Positions 29,305 through 39,062 of a stretch of DNA of 64,000 nucleotides are shown piece after piece. The DNA comes from a virus. The stretch covers positions 32,001-96,000 of IMG/VR virus record IMGVR_UViG_3300022916_000006, one strand, 5' to 3'. Within the stretch, counting starts at the first letter, position 1; the number at the start of each line of letters is the position of its first letter. The translations under genes were made by a program, and so were the position numbers. The notes beneath the pieces were generated by a model. The model searched no databases. It was not told the DNA's origin and was given only the letters and a program-made list of their open reading frames with translations.

Positions 29305-30600
29305 GTGAGTAGTAATAATACAAGTCACACGTTAAATGCTGAAGACAGATTGCTTCGTGGTAAAATTAAACTACAACGTGAACAGCCATTTTATGCATAT
29401 CTATTACTGGGGTTGGAATGTGTTAAAAACAATAAAATTCCAACTGCTGGTGTTGATATGGGAAGACACATGTATTACAATGAGAAGTGGGTTCAAAACT
29501 TATCTGATGAACATTTAAAGTTTGTCCTATGTCATGAAATCTTACATGTTGTGTTGTGTCATTTGATTCGTGGTGGAACTAGAAAACATCGTTTATTTAA
29601 TATTGCGGCTGATATAGTTATAAATGCTATGTTGGTTGAAGATGGATTTTCTACACCACCAGACGTAATTCAAATTGTTGATAACAGATGGGAATACAAA
29701 GACGCAAAAGGCAAAAAACATTACATTGACAAGTGCTCAGAAAAATCATCAGAAGAAGTATATGATGAACTTCAAAAGATTTCTGAAGATATGGATGAAC
29801 GAGATGCACATTATAAATGTGATGGTAATTGTCAACCTGGTGATGGTGATGGTCAGTGTAAAGGTGGTGGTGAATGTACTTGTGGTAATGAATTTGGTGA
29901 TGTTGATCAATTTGATGAACACATGAGAGAATCAGGAATGTCACAAGATGAAATCGATGAAGCCAAAGAGGAGTTCAGAAGACAAATGGTTGAAGCCGCT
30001 ACCCATGCAAAAAGTAGAGGCAACATGCCAGGATCAATGAAACGAATCTTAGATGATTTGTTAAACCCTCAACTTGATTGGAAAACATTATTATATAATT
30101 ATATCACAAAAGATATAATATATGATTTCACAATGAAACGCCCAGGTAGAAGAAGCTTTGCGGCAGGAGTATATCTACCAACCGTATTGAGAGAAAATCT
30201 TGATATTGATATTACAATTGATACATCTGGTTCAATTGGTGCAGAAGAATATAAGTCATTCATGAGTGAAGTGATTGGTATTGCAAATGCATTTGAAAGT
30301 ATCAAAATGAACATTATCTTTTGGGATACTCAAGTTAGAGAACCAATTGAAAAAGTTACAATGGGAAACAAAGAGCATTTGTTAAAAATGACACCAAAAG
30401 GTGGTGGTGGAACTACAATGTCATGTCTTGGTAAATACTATGAAGGTAAACAATTACCAAAATTGATTGTCACCCTAACAGACGGATATGTTGAATGTAA
30501 TCCTAAATTACCAATGGGTGTACAACATCTGTTTGTGCTATCAAAAGATAGCTCAGATGAACAGCTTAAAGGTCTTGGAGTCATAACCAAGTTAAAATGA
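29305..30600 (+). CDS. HEXXH metallopeptidase + VWA-like domain protein (DUF2201-like)
   Basis: TAGVD, LCHEILHV, FNIAADIVIN, IDTSGS (MIDAS), GGGGT, TLTDGY. Confidence 0.9.
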   Translation: MSSNNTSHTLNAEDRLLRGKIKLQREQPFYAYLLLGLECVKNNKIPTAGVDMGRHMYYNEKWVQNLSDEHLKFVLCHEILHVVLCHLIRGGTRKHRLFNIAADIVINAMLVEDGFSTPPDVIQIVDNRWEYKDAKGKKHYIDKCSEKSSEEVYDELQKISEDMDERDAHYKCDGNCQPGDGDGQCKGGGECTCGNEFGDVDQFDEHMRESGMSQDEIDEAKEEFRRQMVEAATHAKSRGNMPGSMKRILDDLLNPQLDWKTLLYNYITKDIIYDFTMKRPGRRSFAAGVYLPTVLRENLDIDITIDTSGSIGAEEYKSFMSEVIGIANAFESIKMNIIFWDTQVREPIEKVTMGNKEHLLKMTPKGGGGTTMSCLGKYYEGKQLPKLIVTLTDGYVECNPKLPMGVQHLFVLSKDSSDEQLKGLGVITKLK

Positions 30601-30953
30601 GCAAGTCAGATAAAAACAAAAATGATAATAAAACAAGATCATCAGGAACACCACCTGATGATCTTCTTCAACATATATTAAATTCTAAAACTACAGAATT
30701 GGATGATATTATCCTGCAATTACTGGGCACTGGAAAAATGAAAGATGATGATGAATTCTTTACTGTGTCGGATATTAATGTAGAACAATTTACACTTGAT
30801 GAAATTTTAGTCATGATAAAAGAGACATTACAAATAACATATGATACATCAAATAATGTAGTCAATATTAGTTTTAAAGGTGTTGATGCAAACAAATTCA
30901 ACAAACAAATTCAACAAAAATTAACAGCAGGTGCAGTGACTGATAAATTATAA
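30597..30953 (+). CDS. hypothetical protein
   Basis: 118-aa ORF coupled to the VWA gene. Confidence 0.6.
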   Translation: MSKSDKNKNDNKTRSSGTPPDDLLQHILNSKTTELDDIILQLLGTGKMKDDDEFFTVSDINVEQFTLDEILVMIKETLQITYDTSNNVVNISFKGVDANKFNKQIQQKLTAGAVTDKL

Positions 30954-30964
30954 TATAAAATTAC

Positions 30965-30994
30965 TTGATAGATGTTATGATTTAATCGTAATTT
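30965..30994 (+). promoter_or_regulatory. early-type promoter
   Basis: TTGATA-N18-TAATTT then TAAGTAGTTATG. Confidence 0.65.
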
Positions 30995-31039
30995 TAAGTA
31001 GTTATGACAGATAAGAATTAAACAAAGGATAAAAATAAA

Positions 31040-31243
31040 ATGAATGAAATCACAGTACATTATTGGCATGGTACAAAATATGAAGATATCAATTTTAATC
31101 ATGGAGCAGTGTTTCCGTATACAGTTCGCAAACGAAATCAAATTATTAATGCAGTTCAAAATGCTGGAAAATCAATCATGTTAAGACCATCTGGTGATAG
31201 CTTACAGATATGGATTGATGATGGTATGTTTAGGCAGAGGTAG
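31040..31243 (+). CDS. hypothetical protein
   Basis: First ORF after the promoter, AAGGA upstream. Confidence 0.6.
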   Translation: MNEITVHYWHGTKYEDINFNHGAVFPYTVRKRNQIINAVQNAGKSIMLRPSGDSLQIWIDDGMFRQR

Positions 31244-31246
31244 ATT

Positions 31247-31681
31247 ATGAAAAACGATATAAGAAATGCCACAAGAGGAACACCATCAGAGATTAAACTG
31301 GTGCTATATACTCAACTTGGTATTATCGGATTATTGATGCTTGTTATATTTAAAATATCTGGTATTTTTACTGTTATATTTGGTGCAATAAGTGTGTATA
31401 TGGCGTTCGATGCATTGGTAATAATCATTAATGCAATATCTCAAAATAAAACAACTCCATCACATTCTAAAAATATATTTGATGATAGAGTTAGAGACTG
31501 TTATACTACAGGCATATCTAATAATACATTTTGGGTTATGACTTGGAGTAAAGTATTTATACTTCTATTTGCTGGTTGGTATTTTTATGCTGTTCTATGG
31601 TTAATCATTGGATGGGTGCATACTGAAGTTCGAAATACTGCAATTGAAAAATATGTCACAAAAACAAATAAAGGTAAATGA
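31247..31681 (+). CDS. membrane protein
   Basis: Several hydrophobic segments. Confidence 0.6.
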   Translation: MKNDIRNATRGTPSEIKLVLYTQLGIIGLLMLVIFKISGIFTVIFGAISVYMAFDALVIIINAISQNKTTPSHSKNIFDDRVRDCYTTGISNNTFWVMTWSKVFILLFAGWYFYAVLWLIIGWVHTEVRNTAIEKYVTKTNKGK

Positions 31682-31685
31682 TATT

Positions 31686-32108
31686 ATGAAAGCTCGCTTA
31701 GTAACAAATCACGCTGTAGATTTTATATTAACTGCATTATTAATAACATTAATTGGTGCATTTGTGATATCAATGTTTGCTGGTGATCCAGATGATTCTG
31801 TATATGCTAATAGTCCTGAAACCATTTTACAACCAACAACACCAACAGATGTAAATGTGGTCACATATGATATGTCAATTGAAGTGACAAGACATAATGG
31901 TGATGTTGATACATTATCATATTCACATAGTACTAATAAATTATGGATTGATGGAAAAGGTGATCGTACATATTTAATGACATCATATCCAGAATCAGAA
32001 ATTAACATTAAATACAATACTGATGAAAATGGTAAAACTGATACTTTATATTATGATCGAGTAGTATCATATGATGTTAAATCATATAGGATTCTATCAG
32101 CTGAATGA
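31686..32108 (+). CDS. membrane-anchored hypothetical protein
   Basis: N-terminal TM (FILTALLITLIGAFVISMFA); start moved to ATG 31686. Confidence 0.6.
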   Translation: MKARLVTNHAVDFILTALLITLIGAFVISMFAGDPDDSVYANSPETILQPTTPTDVNVVTYDMSIEVTRHNGDVDTLSYSHSTNKLWIDGKGDRTYLMTSYPESEINIKYNTDENGKTDTLYYDRVVSYDVKSYRILSAE

Positions 32109-32401
32109 TACGTTATTATATTTTAGGAACCCATATTAATGGTAATGCTCCTGCTGGTATATATCTTGGTGATAACTTTTCAAGAGATACATATGGTAAT
32201 GGAATAAGATGGAGTAAATTATCAACATGCCCATCTACTGTAGGTGATGTATCATTTAGTGCTGGATCATATCATATATTTAAAAATGAACATACAGCAC
32301 AACAAAAATTAAATATGTTATTAAAACAAAAAAAGTTGAATATAGATGCTTATAGTTTTAAAGTTATTTCAGACTCAGAGATGGTAGCATTAATATTATG
32401 A
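32105..32401 (+). CDS. MKYY..ELVAYLL-family small protein, unit 10
   Basis: MIRYYIL / ISDSEMVALIL. Confidence 0.8.
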   Translation: MIRYYILGTHINGNAPAGIYLGDNFSRDTYGNGIRWSKLSTCPSTVGDVSFSAGSYHIFKNEHTAQQKLNMLLKQKKLNIDAYSFKVISDSEMVALIL

Positions 32402-32730
32402 AATCTAAAAAATATTATATCGTAGACGTTGATAATGAAGCAAATATGACTGATATGAGTATGTTGTATGAAGTATATTATTATAAGAAATTACCATTCC
32501 CTACAAATAAGAACACTCCAATATTATACAGTAGTACATGGAGTAGTTGGCAATATGGTTATCGTATAAATAAATCAGACATATTTAATAGATCGATGGA
32601 ATTGGATTCAAAAAAGAAAGCTGAGTTTTTAATAAACGAATTGAAAAAATTACAAGAGAATTTTGGTAAGAATATTGTTGCAATGTCAAGAGAGGACATT
32701 GAACTTAGATTGGTGATAGACGAATTATGA
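32398..32730 (+). CDS. MKYY..ELVAYLL-family small protein, unit 11 (long-tail type)
   Basis: MKSKKYYIV / EDIELRLVIDEL. Confidence 0.75.
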   Translation: MKSKKYYIVDVDNEANMTDMSMLYEVYYYKKLPFPTNKNTPILYSSTWSSWQYGYRINKSDIFNRSMELDSKKKAEFLINELKKLQENFGKNIVAMSREDIELRLVIDEL

Positions 32731-32990
32731 AATCTGAAAAATATTATATTGTATCTCAATTTATTGGTGATGCGTCTGCTATGGGATTTAATGGCGAATT
32801 TGATCGTATAGCTTGTTACGTTAATACAACAGCAACTTGGACTGGTAAGCTAAAGGACGCTAAACATTTCAATTCGAAAGATGAGGCTCAAAAATATTAT
32901 GATGATGTTATAACAATGCCAGATGGATATATTGATCATATATTAAATACAGATGAAATTGAAGCCCTTAAAATAGCTGTAGAATTATGA
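32727..32990 (+). CDS. MKYY..ELVAYLL-family small protein, unit 12 (long-tail type)
   Basis: MKSEKYYIV / DEIEALKIAVEL. Confidence 0.8.
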   Translation: MKSEKYYIVSQFIGDASAMGFNGEFDRIACYVNTTATWTGKLKDAKHFNSKDEAQKYYDDVITMPDGYIDHILNTDEIEALKIAVEL

Positions 32991-33238
32991 AATGGTATGT
33001 ATTCAATACGGGAGAATATGGTGAAGAAGATACTTATCGTGAAATATTTCTACATACTGGCAATGTTAATCTTAGTAGTGGATGGAGATGTCTACAATCT
33101 GTAATTGATGTGGATGGCATTTATCACTGTGAATTTAAAACAAAAGAAGACGCAATTGAGGCAATGGAAAATGCCACAGACAAACTACCAAGTGATATAG
33201 TTATTAATGGGTCAGAGTTAATGGTATATGTATTATGA
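32987..33238 (+). CDS. MKYY..ELVAYLL-family small protein, unit 13
   Basis: MKWYVF / INGSELMVYVL. Confidence 0.8.
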   Translation: MKWYVFNTGEYGEEDTYREIFLHTGNVNLSSGWRCLQSVIDVDGIYHCEFKTKEDAIEAMENATDKLPSDIVINGSELMVYVL

Positions 33239-33471
33239 AATGGTATATTTTATGGAAACATGATGCGAGTGATATAACAGTTTTCGTTCGCAAAGTTGAA
33301 GACTTCAATAAAAGAAATAATCTATATTCAATAACTATGGAAATTGAAGACGCTCTAGTATTTGATACTGAGAATGATGCTCTTGATAATTTAGAGATAA
33401 TGTGCGATGATAAAAATACAATTGGATATGAAGTAGTATCTGAAACTAAATTGATTGCTATGATGTTATGA
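33235..33471 (+). CDS. MKYY..ELVAYLL-family small protein, unit 14
   Basis: MKWYIL / VSETKLIAMML. Confidence 0.85.
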   Translation: MKWYILWKHDASDITVFVRKVEDFNKRNNLYSITMEIEDALVFDTENDALDNLEIMCDDKNTIGYEVVSETKLIAMML

Positions 33472-33722
33472 AGTGGTATGTAGTTAATTCTGGGCGTTAT
33501 TTTACTTACAAGGGGAAGCCAAAGATTGAAATACTTGTACACACTTTCAATATTAGGAATGGAACTGAAATTGGTTGGCAAGAGATTGAAGATATAGTTG
33601 ATTTTGATGAGTGTGCTTTTAAAACAAAAGCTGAAGCAACTAATGCTAAAGCAACCAATACATATAAACAATCAAGTGATCTTGTCGTTAATGAATATGG
33701 ATTGGTTGCATTTTTATTATGA
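33468..33722 (+). CDS. MKYY..ELVAYLL-family small protein, unit 15
   Basis: MKWYVV / VNEYGLVAFLL. Confidence 0.85.
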   Translation: MKWYVVNSGRYFTYKGKPKIEILVHTFNIRNGTEIGWQEIEDIVDFDECAFKTKAEATNAKATNTYKQSSDLVVNEYGLVAFLL

Positions 33723-33976
33723 AATGTTATATCATATATTACTCACCTACTACGTTAGATATTGTTTCTTATAATAATAATAGCGAATATAAGAATGTCT
33801 TACAATGGGAAGCATATATAGGGTCAGGAGCTAAACATAGTATTAATCCAAGGCCATATTTATTTAAAACCAAAGCTGAAGCTAAATTATGGTATAATGA
33901 TAGAAGTAAAAATGAAAATAAATTAATGAACGATAAAATCATATCAGAAAAAGAATTAATGTTTTATTTATTATGA
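33719..33976 (+). CDS. MKYY..ELVAYLL-family small protein, unit 16
   Basis: MKCYII / ISEKELMFYLL. Confidence 0.85.
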   Translation: MKCYIIYYSPTTLDIVSYNNNSEYKNVLQWEAYIGSGAKHSINPRPYLFKTKAEAKLWYNDRSKNENKLMNDKIISEKELMFYLL

Positions 33977-33991
33977 ATGATAATAAAAATG

Positions 33992-34021
33992 TTTCATTGT
34001 ATTATGTTTTATTCTTAAATT
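33992..34021 (+). promoter_or_regulatory. early-type promoter
   Basis: TTTCAT-N18-TAAATT then TAAGTAGTT. Confidence 0.55.
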
Positions 34022-34059
34022 TAAGTAGTTAAGAAATGACAAAAACAAAGGAAACACAC

Positions 34060-34329
34060 ATGCCAAAATTATATCAGATCGAAACAATAAACGATAATGA
34101 AGTTATTGAATCAGGTCTTTCAGAAAATGAAGTAGAGTCATTGTTGGAAACACTTGATTTTCAAGGGAAGTCTGTTCATGATGAATATGTTGTTGTTGAA
34201 ATGGAATGTGAATCTTGTCATGGTGAGCGTGTTGTTGAATATATTACAAATTGTGGACATACTGGACATGACGAACCAATTTATGATATGGTAGACTGCC
34301 CAATGTGTTCAAGCATCATTATTGATTAA
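34060..34329 (+). CDS. hypothetical protein with DnaJ-like CxxCxG Zn motif
   Basis: CESCHGE...CPMC; start after AAGGAAACACACATG. Confidence 0.6.
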   Translation: MPKLYQIETINDNEVIESGLSENEVESLLETLDFQGKSVHDEYVVVEMECESCHGERVVEYITNCGHTGHDEPIYDMVDCPMCSSIIID

Positions 34330-34539
34330 ATGAAATTTTATATTATACATGTTAGTGAGAAGTTTGGAATACGATATGCGACTGCACGAATTACATGGTC
34401 GCTAGATTTTAGTAAGTCTTTATCATTTCCCACCCGTAAGAAAGCACGAGATTATTACAGTGATAATTTAATTAAAATTGATCCATATTTTAAAAGAAAA
34501 ATCGTAGCTGATGCAGAATTGACAATAATGAAATTATGA
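34330..34539 (+). CDS. MKYY..ELVAYLL-family small protein, unit 17
   Basis: MKFYII / VADAELTIMKL. Confidence 0.8.
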   Translation: MKFYIIHVSEKFGIRYATARITWSLDFSKSLSFPTRKKARDYYSDNLIKIDPYFKRKIVADAELTIMKL

Positions 34540-34817
34540 AATCTGAAAAATATTATGTGATATATCACAATAGACCACATGATTTTGTGTATGTGAGATC
34601 AGACGCCGCTAAGATACGAGATGATGATTTAACGATTATGACAATTGATCCATTGTGGTCTAATTATTTTGATTGTGCTAAATCATTCAATTCGTATGAT
34701 GAAGCATTGAAATGTGCAAATAAATTATATCATAAATCTCAGTTCAGAAGTGGTTATGATTATATGGATGATATTCATATATTGACAGAAGAAGAATTGG
34801 TGGCGTATGCAATCTAA
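34536..34817 (+). CDS. MKYY..ELVAYLL-family small protein, unit 18
   Basis: MKSEKYYVI / LTEEELVAYAI. Confidence 0.85.
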   Translation: MKSEKYYVIYHNRPHDFVYVRSDAAKIRDDDLTIMTIDPLWSNYFDCAKSFNSYDEALKCANKLYHKSQFRSGYDYMDDIHILTEEELVAYAI

Positions 34818-34847
34818 TTACTAAAAAAATAAATTGGAGAAAGAGTT

Positions 34848-35081
34848 ATGAAATGTTATATATTTAATGAAAAATTTAAAGCATATCCATATTCTGGATT
34901 GGAATATGGATTGTGGTATAATGTGGATGATGTGAAACAAGGAATGATGTGTTCTGGTAATCCAAAGTGCAGACCATTTAAAACAGCAAAAGATGCAGAA
35001 GATGCTATTCAAGAACGATATGGTGAAGTCTCATGGATGTATGTTGTACTGGAATCAAAAATAATTGCAGATTTATTGTAG
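34848..35081 (+). CDS. MKYY..ELVAYLL-family small protein, unit 19
   Basis: MKCYIF / VLESKIIADLL. Confidence 0.8.
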   Translation: MKCYIFNEKFKAYPYSGLEYGLWYNVDDVKQGMMCSGNPKCRPFKTAKDAEDAIQERYGEVSWMYVVLESKIIADLL

Positions 35082-35085
35082 AGAT

Positions 35086-35310
35086 ATGGGATATTATGTG
35101 ATAGCATATTCATTAACTTTAACTAATATGTGGTATAAAACAACACCAGAATATAACTATTGGACATTTAATAAATCTCAAGCACTGGTATATAATACAT
35201 CAACTCAAGCTGAATATGTTAAATCACAGAATACATTAACTAAAGACTATGGGATACAAGTTGTGCGTGAGCAAGAACTTGAAACGTTCAAAGTTATGAT
35301 TGAATTGTGA
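35086..35310 (+). CDS. MKYY..ELVAYLL-family small protein, unit 20 (long-tail type)
   Basis: MGYYVI / EQELETFKVMIEL. Confidence 0.8.
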   Translation: MGYYVIAYSLTLTNMWYKTTPEYNYWTFNKSQALVYNTSTQAEYVKSQNTLTKDYGIQVVREQELETFKVMIEL

Positions 35311-35546
35311 TGAAGCATTATGTAGTATCAATGAGTGGTAATCATTTACGATTTTATGTTACTAAAAAGATTGATAATAATAAATTAATTTGGATAGGTG
35401 GCTCAAATTTAAAAGACACCTCAATTCATCCATTTAAGACTAGAGAGGATGCTGTCAAGTGGTATAAATATTGTGATGTTAATACTAAAGAGGATAAATA
35501 CGATAAAGTTGTATCAGATGCAGAATTGATGGTTATATTGTTATGA
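35307..35546 (+). CDS. MKYY..ELVAYLL-family small protein, unit 21
   Basis: MMKHYVV / VSDAELMVILL. Confidence 0.85.
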   Translation: MMKHYVVSMSGNHLRFYVTKKIDNNKLIWIGGSNLKDTSIHPFKTREDAVKWYKYCDVNTKEDKYDKVVSDAELMVILL

Positions 35547-35773
35547 AATATTATATTATATGCACAGACGATGCTAATAGTGATGTTGTTACGTATATTG
35601 AAGATACAACACATAGTAGGTATTCGTCTTCATTTTTAACTAACGATGTATCAAAAGCTGTGGTATTTAATAATGAGAAATCAGCTATAGATTATATGCA
35701 AGCTGGGTTATTTGCCACATCAACATGTGATATTATTATATCAGAAAAAGAATTGATTGCAAGGTTATTATGA
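35543..35773 (+). CDS. MKYY..ELVAYLL-family small protein, unit 22
   Basis: MKYYII / ISEKELIARLL. Confidence 0.85.
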   Translation: MKYYIICTDDANSDVVTYIEDTTHSRYSSSFLTNDVSKAVVFNNEKSAIDYMQAGLFATSTCDIIISEKELIARLL

Positions 35774-36036
35774 AATATTATGTAGTTGATAAAAGTGACC
35801 GTGAAGATTTACCATTCATGAGCAATAGTTTTGAAATGTGTACGGATGGTAAAGATCAATTTGATTGGTTTGGAAATGATAACATTGAACTGGTTGTACC
35901 ATTTAATTCACATGAAGATGCTTTGAGGAATGTAGTTAAAGAGAAAATAAGACTAGCAAAATATTATGAAATTACTCCTTATGAACTTGATATTGAAATA
36001 CTAACAGAAAATGAATTTGTGGCATATTTGATATGA
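35770..36036 (+). CDS. MKYY..ELVAYLL-family small protein, unit 23
   Basis: MKYYVV / LTENEFVAYLI. Confidence 0.85.
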   Translation: MKYYVVDKSDREDLPFMSNSFEMCTDGKDQFDWFGNDNIELVVPFNSHEDALRNVVKEKIRLAKYYEITPYELDIEILTENEFVAYLI

Positions 36037-36251
36037 CGAAAAAGAAAAAACTCTATTATTATCTATATGATCCAGATGATACTCGATATACATATGGTGG
36101 TATTGATGAAGAGTGGGATGATAAATTATCATTGATAACACCATTTGATTCTTATGAAGATGCTGAAGAAGAACAGGTGAGTTGGTCAGAATGTCCAAAT
36201 ATGACAATAGAGTCAATGACAGAAGCAGAATATATAGCACTTATATTATGA
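36033..36251 (+). CDS. MKYY..ELVAYLL-family small protein, unit 24
   Basis: MTKKKKLYYYL / MTEAEYIALIL. Confidence 0.85.
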   Translation: MTKKKKLYYYLYDPDDTRYTYGGIDEEWDDKLSLITPFDSYEDAEEEQVSWSECPNMTIESMTEAEYIALIL

Positions 36252-36258
36252 AATATAT

Positions 36259-36483
36259 ATGAAATATTATATTGTAAATACACGTAAATTTTTAATAACA
36301 AATGGAAGTGATAAGCGAGGTTATGCTTGGTCAACAGATATATCACTAGCCAAAGTATTTAAAACTAAGAAGAGTGCAGAAGATGCTATGCGCATTCTTA
36401 GTACATGGTGGAATTTAACTTTTGATGATCAGGACCACAATTATATACAAACTGAAGCAGAAGTGGTGGCAATGATATTATGA
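36259..36483 (+). CDS. MKYY..ELVAYLL-family small protein, unit 25
   Basis: MKYYIV / QTEAEVVAMIL. Confidence 0.85.
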   Translation: MKYYIVNTRKFLITNGSDKRGYAWSTDISLAKVFKTKKSAEDAMRILSTWWNLTFDDQDHNYIQTEAEVVAMIL

Positions 36484-36746
36484 AATATTATATATATAAT
36501 ACGACAAATATGAGACATCGATATCAAGGAATATCAGACTGGTGGTGCGAAATACCTGTAGATGGATACGACTCATTAACTAGGGAAATGATCATTGAGG
36601 AAAATACACATATCATACCATTCAATTCAAAAGGGGATGCACAAAAGAGGTTGGATCAATTAATAAAAAGTAATAGATATGGACGACAATTTACTGAAGA
36701 TTGCATTGTAGTATCAGAAAATGAATTAGTGGTTTATATGTTATGA
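36480..36746 (+). CDS. MKYY..ELVAYLL-family small protein, unit 26
   Basis: MKYYIY / VSENELVVYML. Confidence 0.85.
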   Translation: MKYYIYNTTNMRHRYQGISDWWCEIPVDGYDSLTREMIIEENTHIIPFNSKGDAQKRLDQLIKSNRYGRQFTEDCIVVSENELVVYML

Positions 36747-36943
36747 AATATTATCTATTTGATACGGATGAAACGTATCATCAATATTGTGGAAAAAACA
36801 ATAGCTGGTCTGGTATGTTTTCAGAAGTAATTCCATTTGATTCATATGAAGATGCAAAAAAATGTTATGATGATGAAACGTGGATGGAGTTTGAAGATAT
36901 AATAATAATATCAGAACACGAATTAGTGGCGAGAATGTTATGA
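36743..36943 (+). CDS. MKYY..ELVAYLL-family small protein, unit 27
   Basis: MKYYLF / ISEHELVARML. Confidence 0.85.
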   Translation: MKYYLFDTDETYHQYCGKNNSWSGMFSEVIPFDSYEDAKKCYDDETWMEFEDIIIISEHELVARML

Positions 36944-37191
36944 CTAAATATTATTTAATAGCAATAGATAAAACAGATATAGATATGATATATGTATATA
37001 CATCAGATATCGATGGTTATGTAAAATGGAGAAATTGGGCAATGTTAGAACATATTGATAAGGTAAATACTGATGTGCCATTACAAACTCTTAAAAAAAG
37101 ATATAATAAACGAGGCATACATAAATTAAATAGAACTCAGTATAATTTTGAAATAATGACAGAGGTTGAATTAGTGGCACTACTATTATGA
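36940..37191 (+). CDS. MKYY..ELVAYLL-family small protein, unit 28
   Basis: MTKYYLI / MTEVELVALLL. Confidence 0.85.
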   Translation: MTKYYLIAIDKTDIDMIYVYTSDIDGYVKWRNWAMLEHIDKVNTDVPLQTLKKRYNKRGIHKLNRTQYNFEIMTEVELVALLL

Positions 37192-37442
37192 AGTACTATA
37201 TAGTGGGAATTGCTGATGTGGTTGAACATACACGATATGCAGTGGATGGTGGTATGGTAACTGGAGAATCAAAGTTTGGTGAATATAGGGGGTATAATGA
37301 ATCATATGATGTTAAAAAATGTACTTCATTCAATTCATATGATGATGCACTTAATGCTATGACCACACCTTGTGATAATCCAGACTTTTGGAATGGTATG
37401 AAAATAGTATCAGAAACTGAACTAGTGGCACTACTATTATGA
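37188..37442 (+). CDS. MKYY..ELVAYLL-family small protein, unit 29
   Basis: MKYYIV / VSETELVALLL. Confidence 0.85.
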   Translation: MKYYIVGIADVVEHTRYAVDGGMVTGESKFGEYRGYNESYDVKKCTSFNSYDDALNAMTTPCDNPDFWNGMKIVSETELVALLL

Positions 37443-37651
37443 AGTACTATGTATTATCAATATCTAAAAAATACCATGATATACTATATTGGTATGATAA
37501 TAAACCCGTTAGACGATGGTTTACTTCAAAAAGAGAAGCTATTATTTATTTAAATTTACTTAATAAAAAAGAACCAATACATGATGATTGGTATCGGGTT
37601 ATATATGATGAAAATGAACTTAATGTATTATTGGTTGCTAAAGCATTATGA
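37439..37651 (+). CDS. MKYY..ELVAYLL-family small protein, unit 30
   Basis: MKYYVL / DENELNVLLVAKAL. Confidence 0.8.
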   Translation: MKYYVLSISKKYHDILYWYDNKPVRRWFTSKREAIIYLNLLNKKEPIHDDWYRVIYDENELNVLLVAKAL

Positions 37652-37860
37652 AACGTTATTATATATATGATCCAAATGATCCAACTGAATTTATTTTTAC
37701 TAGAGAAGGGTGGTCTACACGTGTATCGGATGCAAATCCATTTACTTCATATAAAGAAGCTAAAGATAAATTAGATGAATTTACATCATCATCATATAGT
37801 TTTATAATAGAAGACCTTATTGTTGTAAATGAAAATGAATTAGTGGTATATTTACTATGA
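37648..37860 (+). CDS. MKYY..ELVAYLL-family small protein, unit 31
   Basis: MKRYYIY / VNENELVVYLL. Confidence 0.85.
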   Translation: MKRYYIYDPNDPTEFIFTREGWSTRVSDANPFTSYKEAKDKLDEFTSSSYSFIIEDLIVVNENELVVYLL

Positions 37861-38111
37861 TGAAATATTATATATATGATCAACTAGATACTTATAAACC
37901 ATATAGAGGAGTTAGTGATCAATGGATGACTGATGCTCAACAACTTAGTCCTGATGATAGAAAACATCTACATATTGTTGAACATAAAGATATAATACCA
38001 TTCAAATCAAGAGAATCAGCCAGTTTAGAACTTGCTATGTTAAAAGATCGTAGGTGGCATAAACGTTGCATGGTAGTATCAGAACAAGAACTAATAATAA
38101 AAATGTTATGA
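37857..38111 (+). CDS. MKYY..ELVAYLL-family small protein, unit 32
   Basis: MMKYYIY / VSEQELIIKML. Confidence 0.85.
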   Translation: MMKYYIYDQLDTYKPYRGVSDQWMTDAQQLSPDDRKHLHIVEHKDIIPFKSRESASLELAMLKDRRWHKRCMVVSEQELIIKML

Positions 38112-38132
38112 AATGAAATGAAATGAAATGAA
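38108..38132 (+). repeat. (ATGAA)5 microsatellite at a unit junction
   Basis: ttATGAAATGAAATGAAATGAAATGAAatact. Confidence 0.9.
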
Positions 38133-38331
38133 ATACTATATATACGATCCAATTGATAAAATACAACCATATAGAGGATATAATAAATGGGTTAATAGTA
38201 CTACAACTTTAGAAGAATTAATTCCATATGAATCATATGATCAAGCTAAAAACGTTTTATTTGCTATAGAGCCACGTGATTCTACATGGAAAATAGTAAC
38301 AGAAGAAGAACTAATAGCATTAATGTTATGA
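38128..38331 (+). CDS. MKYY..ELVAYLL-family small protein, unit 33
   Basis: MKYYIY / VTEEELIALML. Confidence 0.85.
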   Translation: MKYYIYDPIDKIQPYRGYNKWVNSTTTLEELIPYESYDQAKNVLFAIEPRDSTWKIVTEEELIALML

Positions 38332-38338
38332 GATACAT

Positions 38339-38536
38339 ATGAAATATTATATATTAGATAAACACCAAAGATATTTAGATATAAATCAATATAGTTGGAC
38401 ATGGACAACTCGTATAGAATGTGCAAAGATATTTAATACTAGAGAAGAAGCTGAGCATTATGATATACATCACATTCATGGATATCCTAATACTAAAGTA
38501 GTATCAGACGCAGAATTGGTAGCAATGTTAATATGA
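38339..38536 (+). CDS. MKYY..ELVAYLL-family small protein, unit 34
   Basis: MKYYIL / VSDAELVAMLI. Confidence 0.85.
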   Translation: MKYYILDKHQRYLDINQYSWTWTTRIECAKIFNTREEAEHYDIHHIHGYPNTKVVSDAELVAMLI

Positions 38537-38829
38537 AGAATACTAATATGAATGATATGAATGATGATGGAAATATTATCAGGTATGTTATACTAATGAA
38601 TAATCCTACGCTTAATTATATACTTGGTACTACACAAAATAAATCAAGTATAGTTGAATATACGTATGTAAATAAGATGGGTCAAACTAAAATTAATATC
38701 ACTAATGATTGTATATATACATCAGAGTATGAAGCTCAACAAGTAATTGAAGAACATTTACCATATACATATCGAGAAGGTTTATTGGAAATCGTTAACA
38801 TGAAACATCTTGTGGCTTATCTATTATGA
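38533..38829 (+). CDS. MKYY..ELVAYLL-family small protein, unit 35
   Basis: IIRYVIL / VNMKHLVAYLL. Confidence 0.75.
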   Translation: MKNTNMNDMNDDGNIIRYVILMNNPTLNYILGTTQNKSSIVEYTYVNKMGQTKINITNDCIYTSEYEAQQVIEEHLPYTYREGLLEIVNMKHLVAYLL

Positions 38830-39062
38830 AATATTACGTAGTAGAAATAATTAACAATAGATTAGAATATTATATACACTATAATGGCAATAATAAAGGT
38901 AATATATGGATGGATTTAGAACATGAAGATGAATATCCAATACATGCATTTAACTCATATGAAGAAGCTAAAGAATATTATGATAATAGTGAAGATATAT
39001 ATAAAGCAAGCGGAACAGATAAAATTATAAATGAAAATGAATTAATAGCATATCTCTTATGA
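38826..39062 (+). CDS. MKYY..ELVAYLL-family small protein, unit 36
   Basis: MKYYVV / INENELIAYLL. Confidence 0.85.
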   Translation: MKYYVVEIINNRLEYYIHYNGNNKGNIWMDLEHEDEYPIHAFNSYEEAKEYYDNSEDIYKASGTDKIINENELIAYLL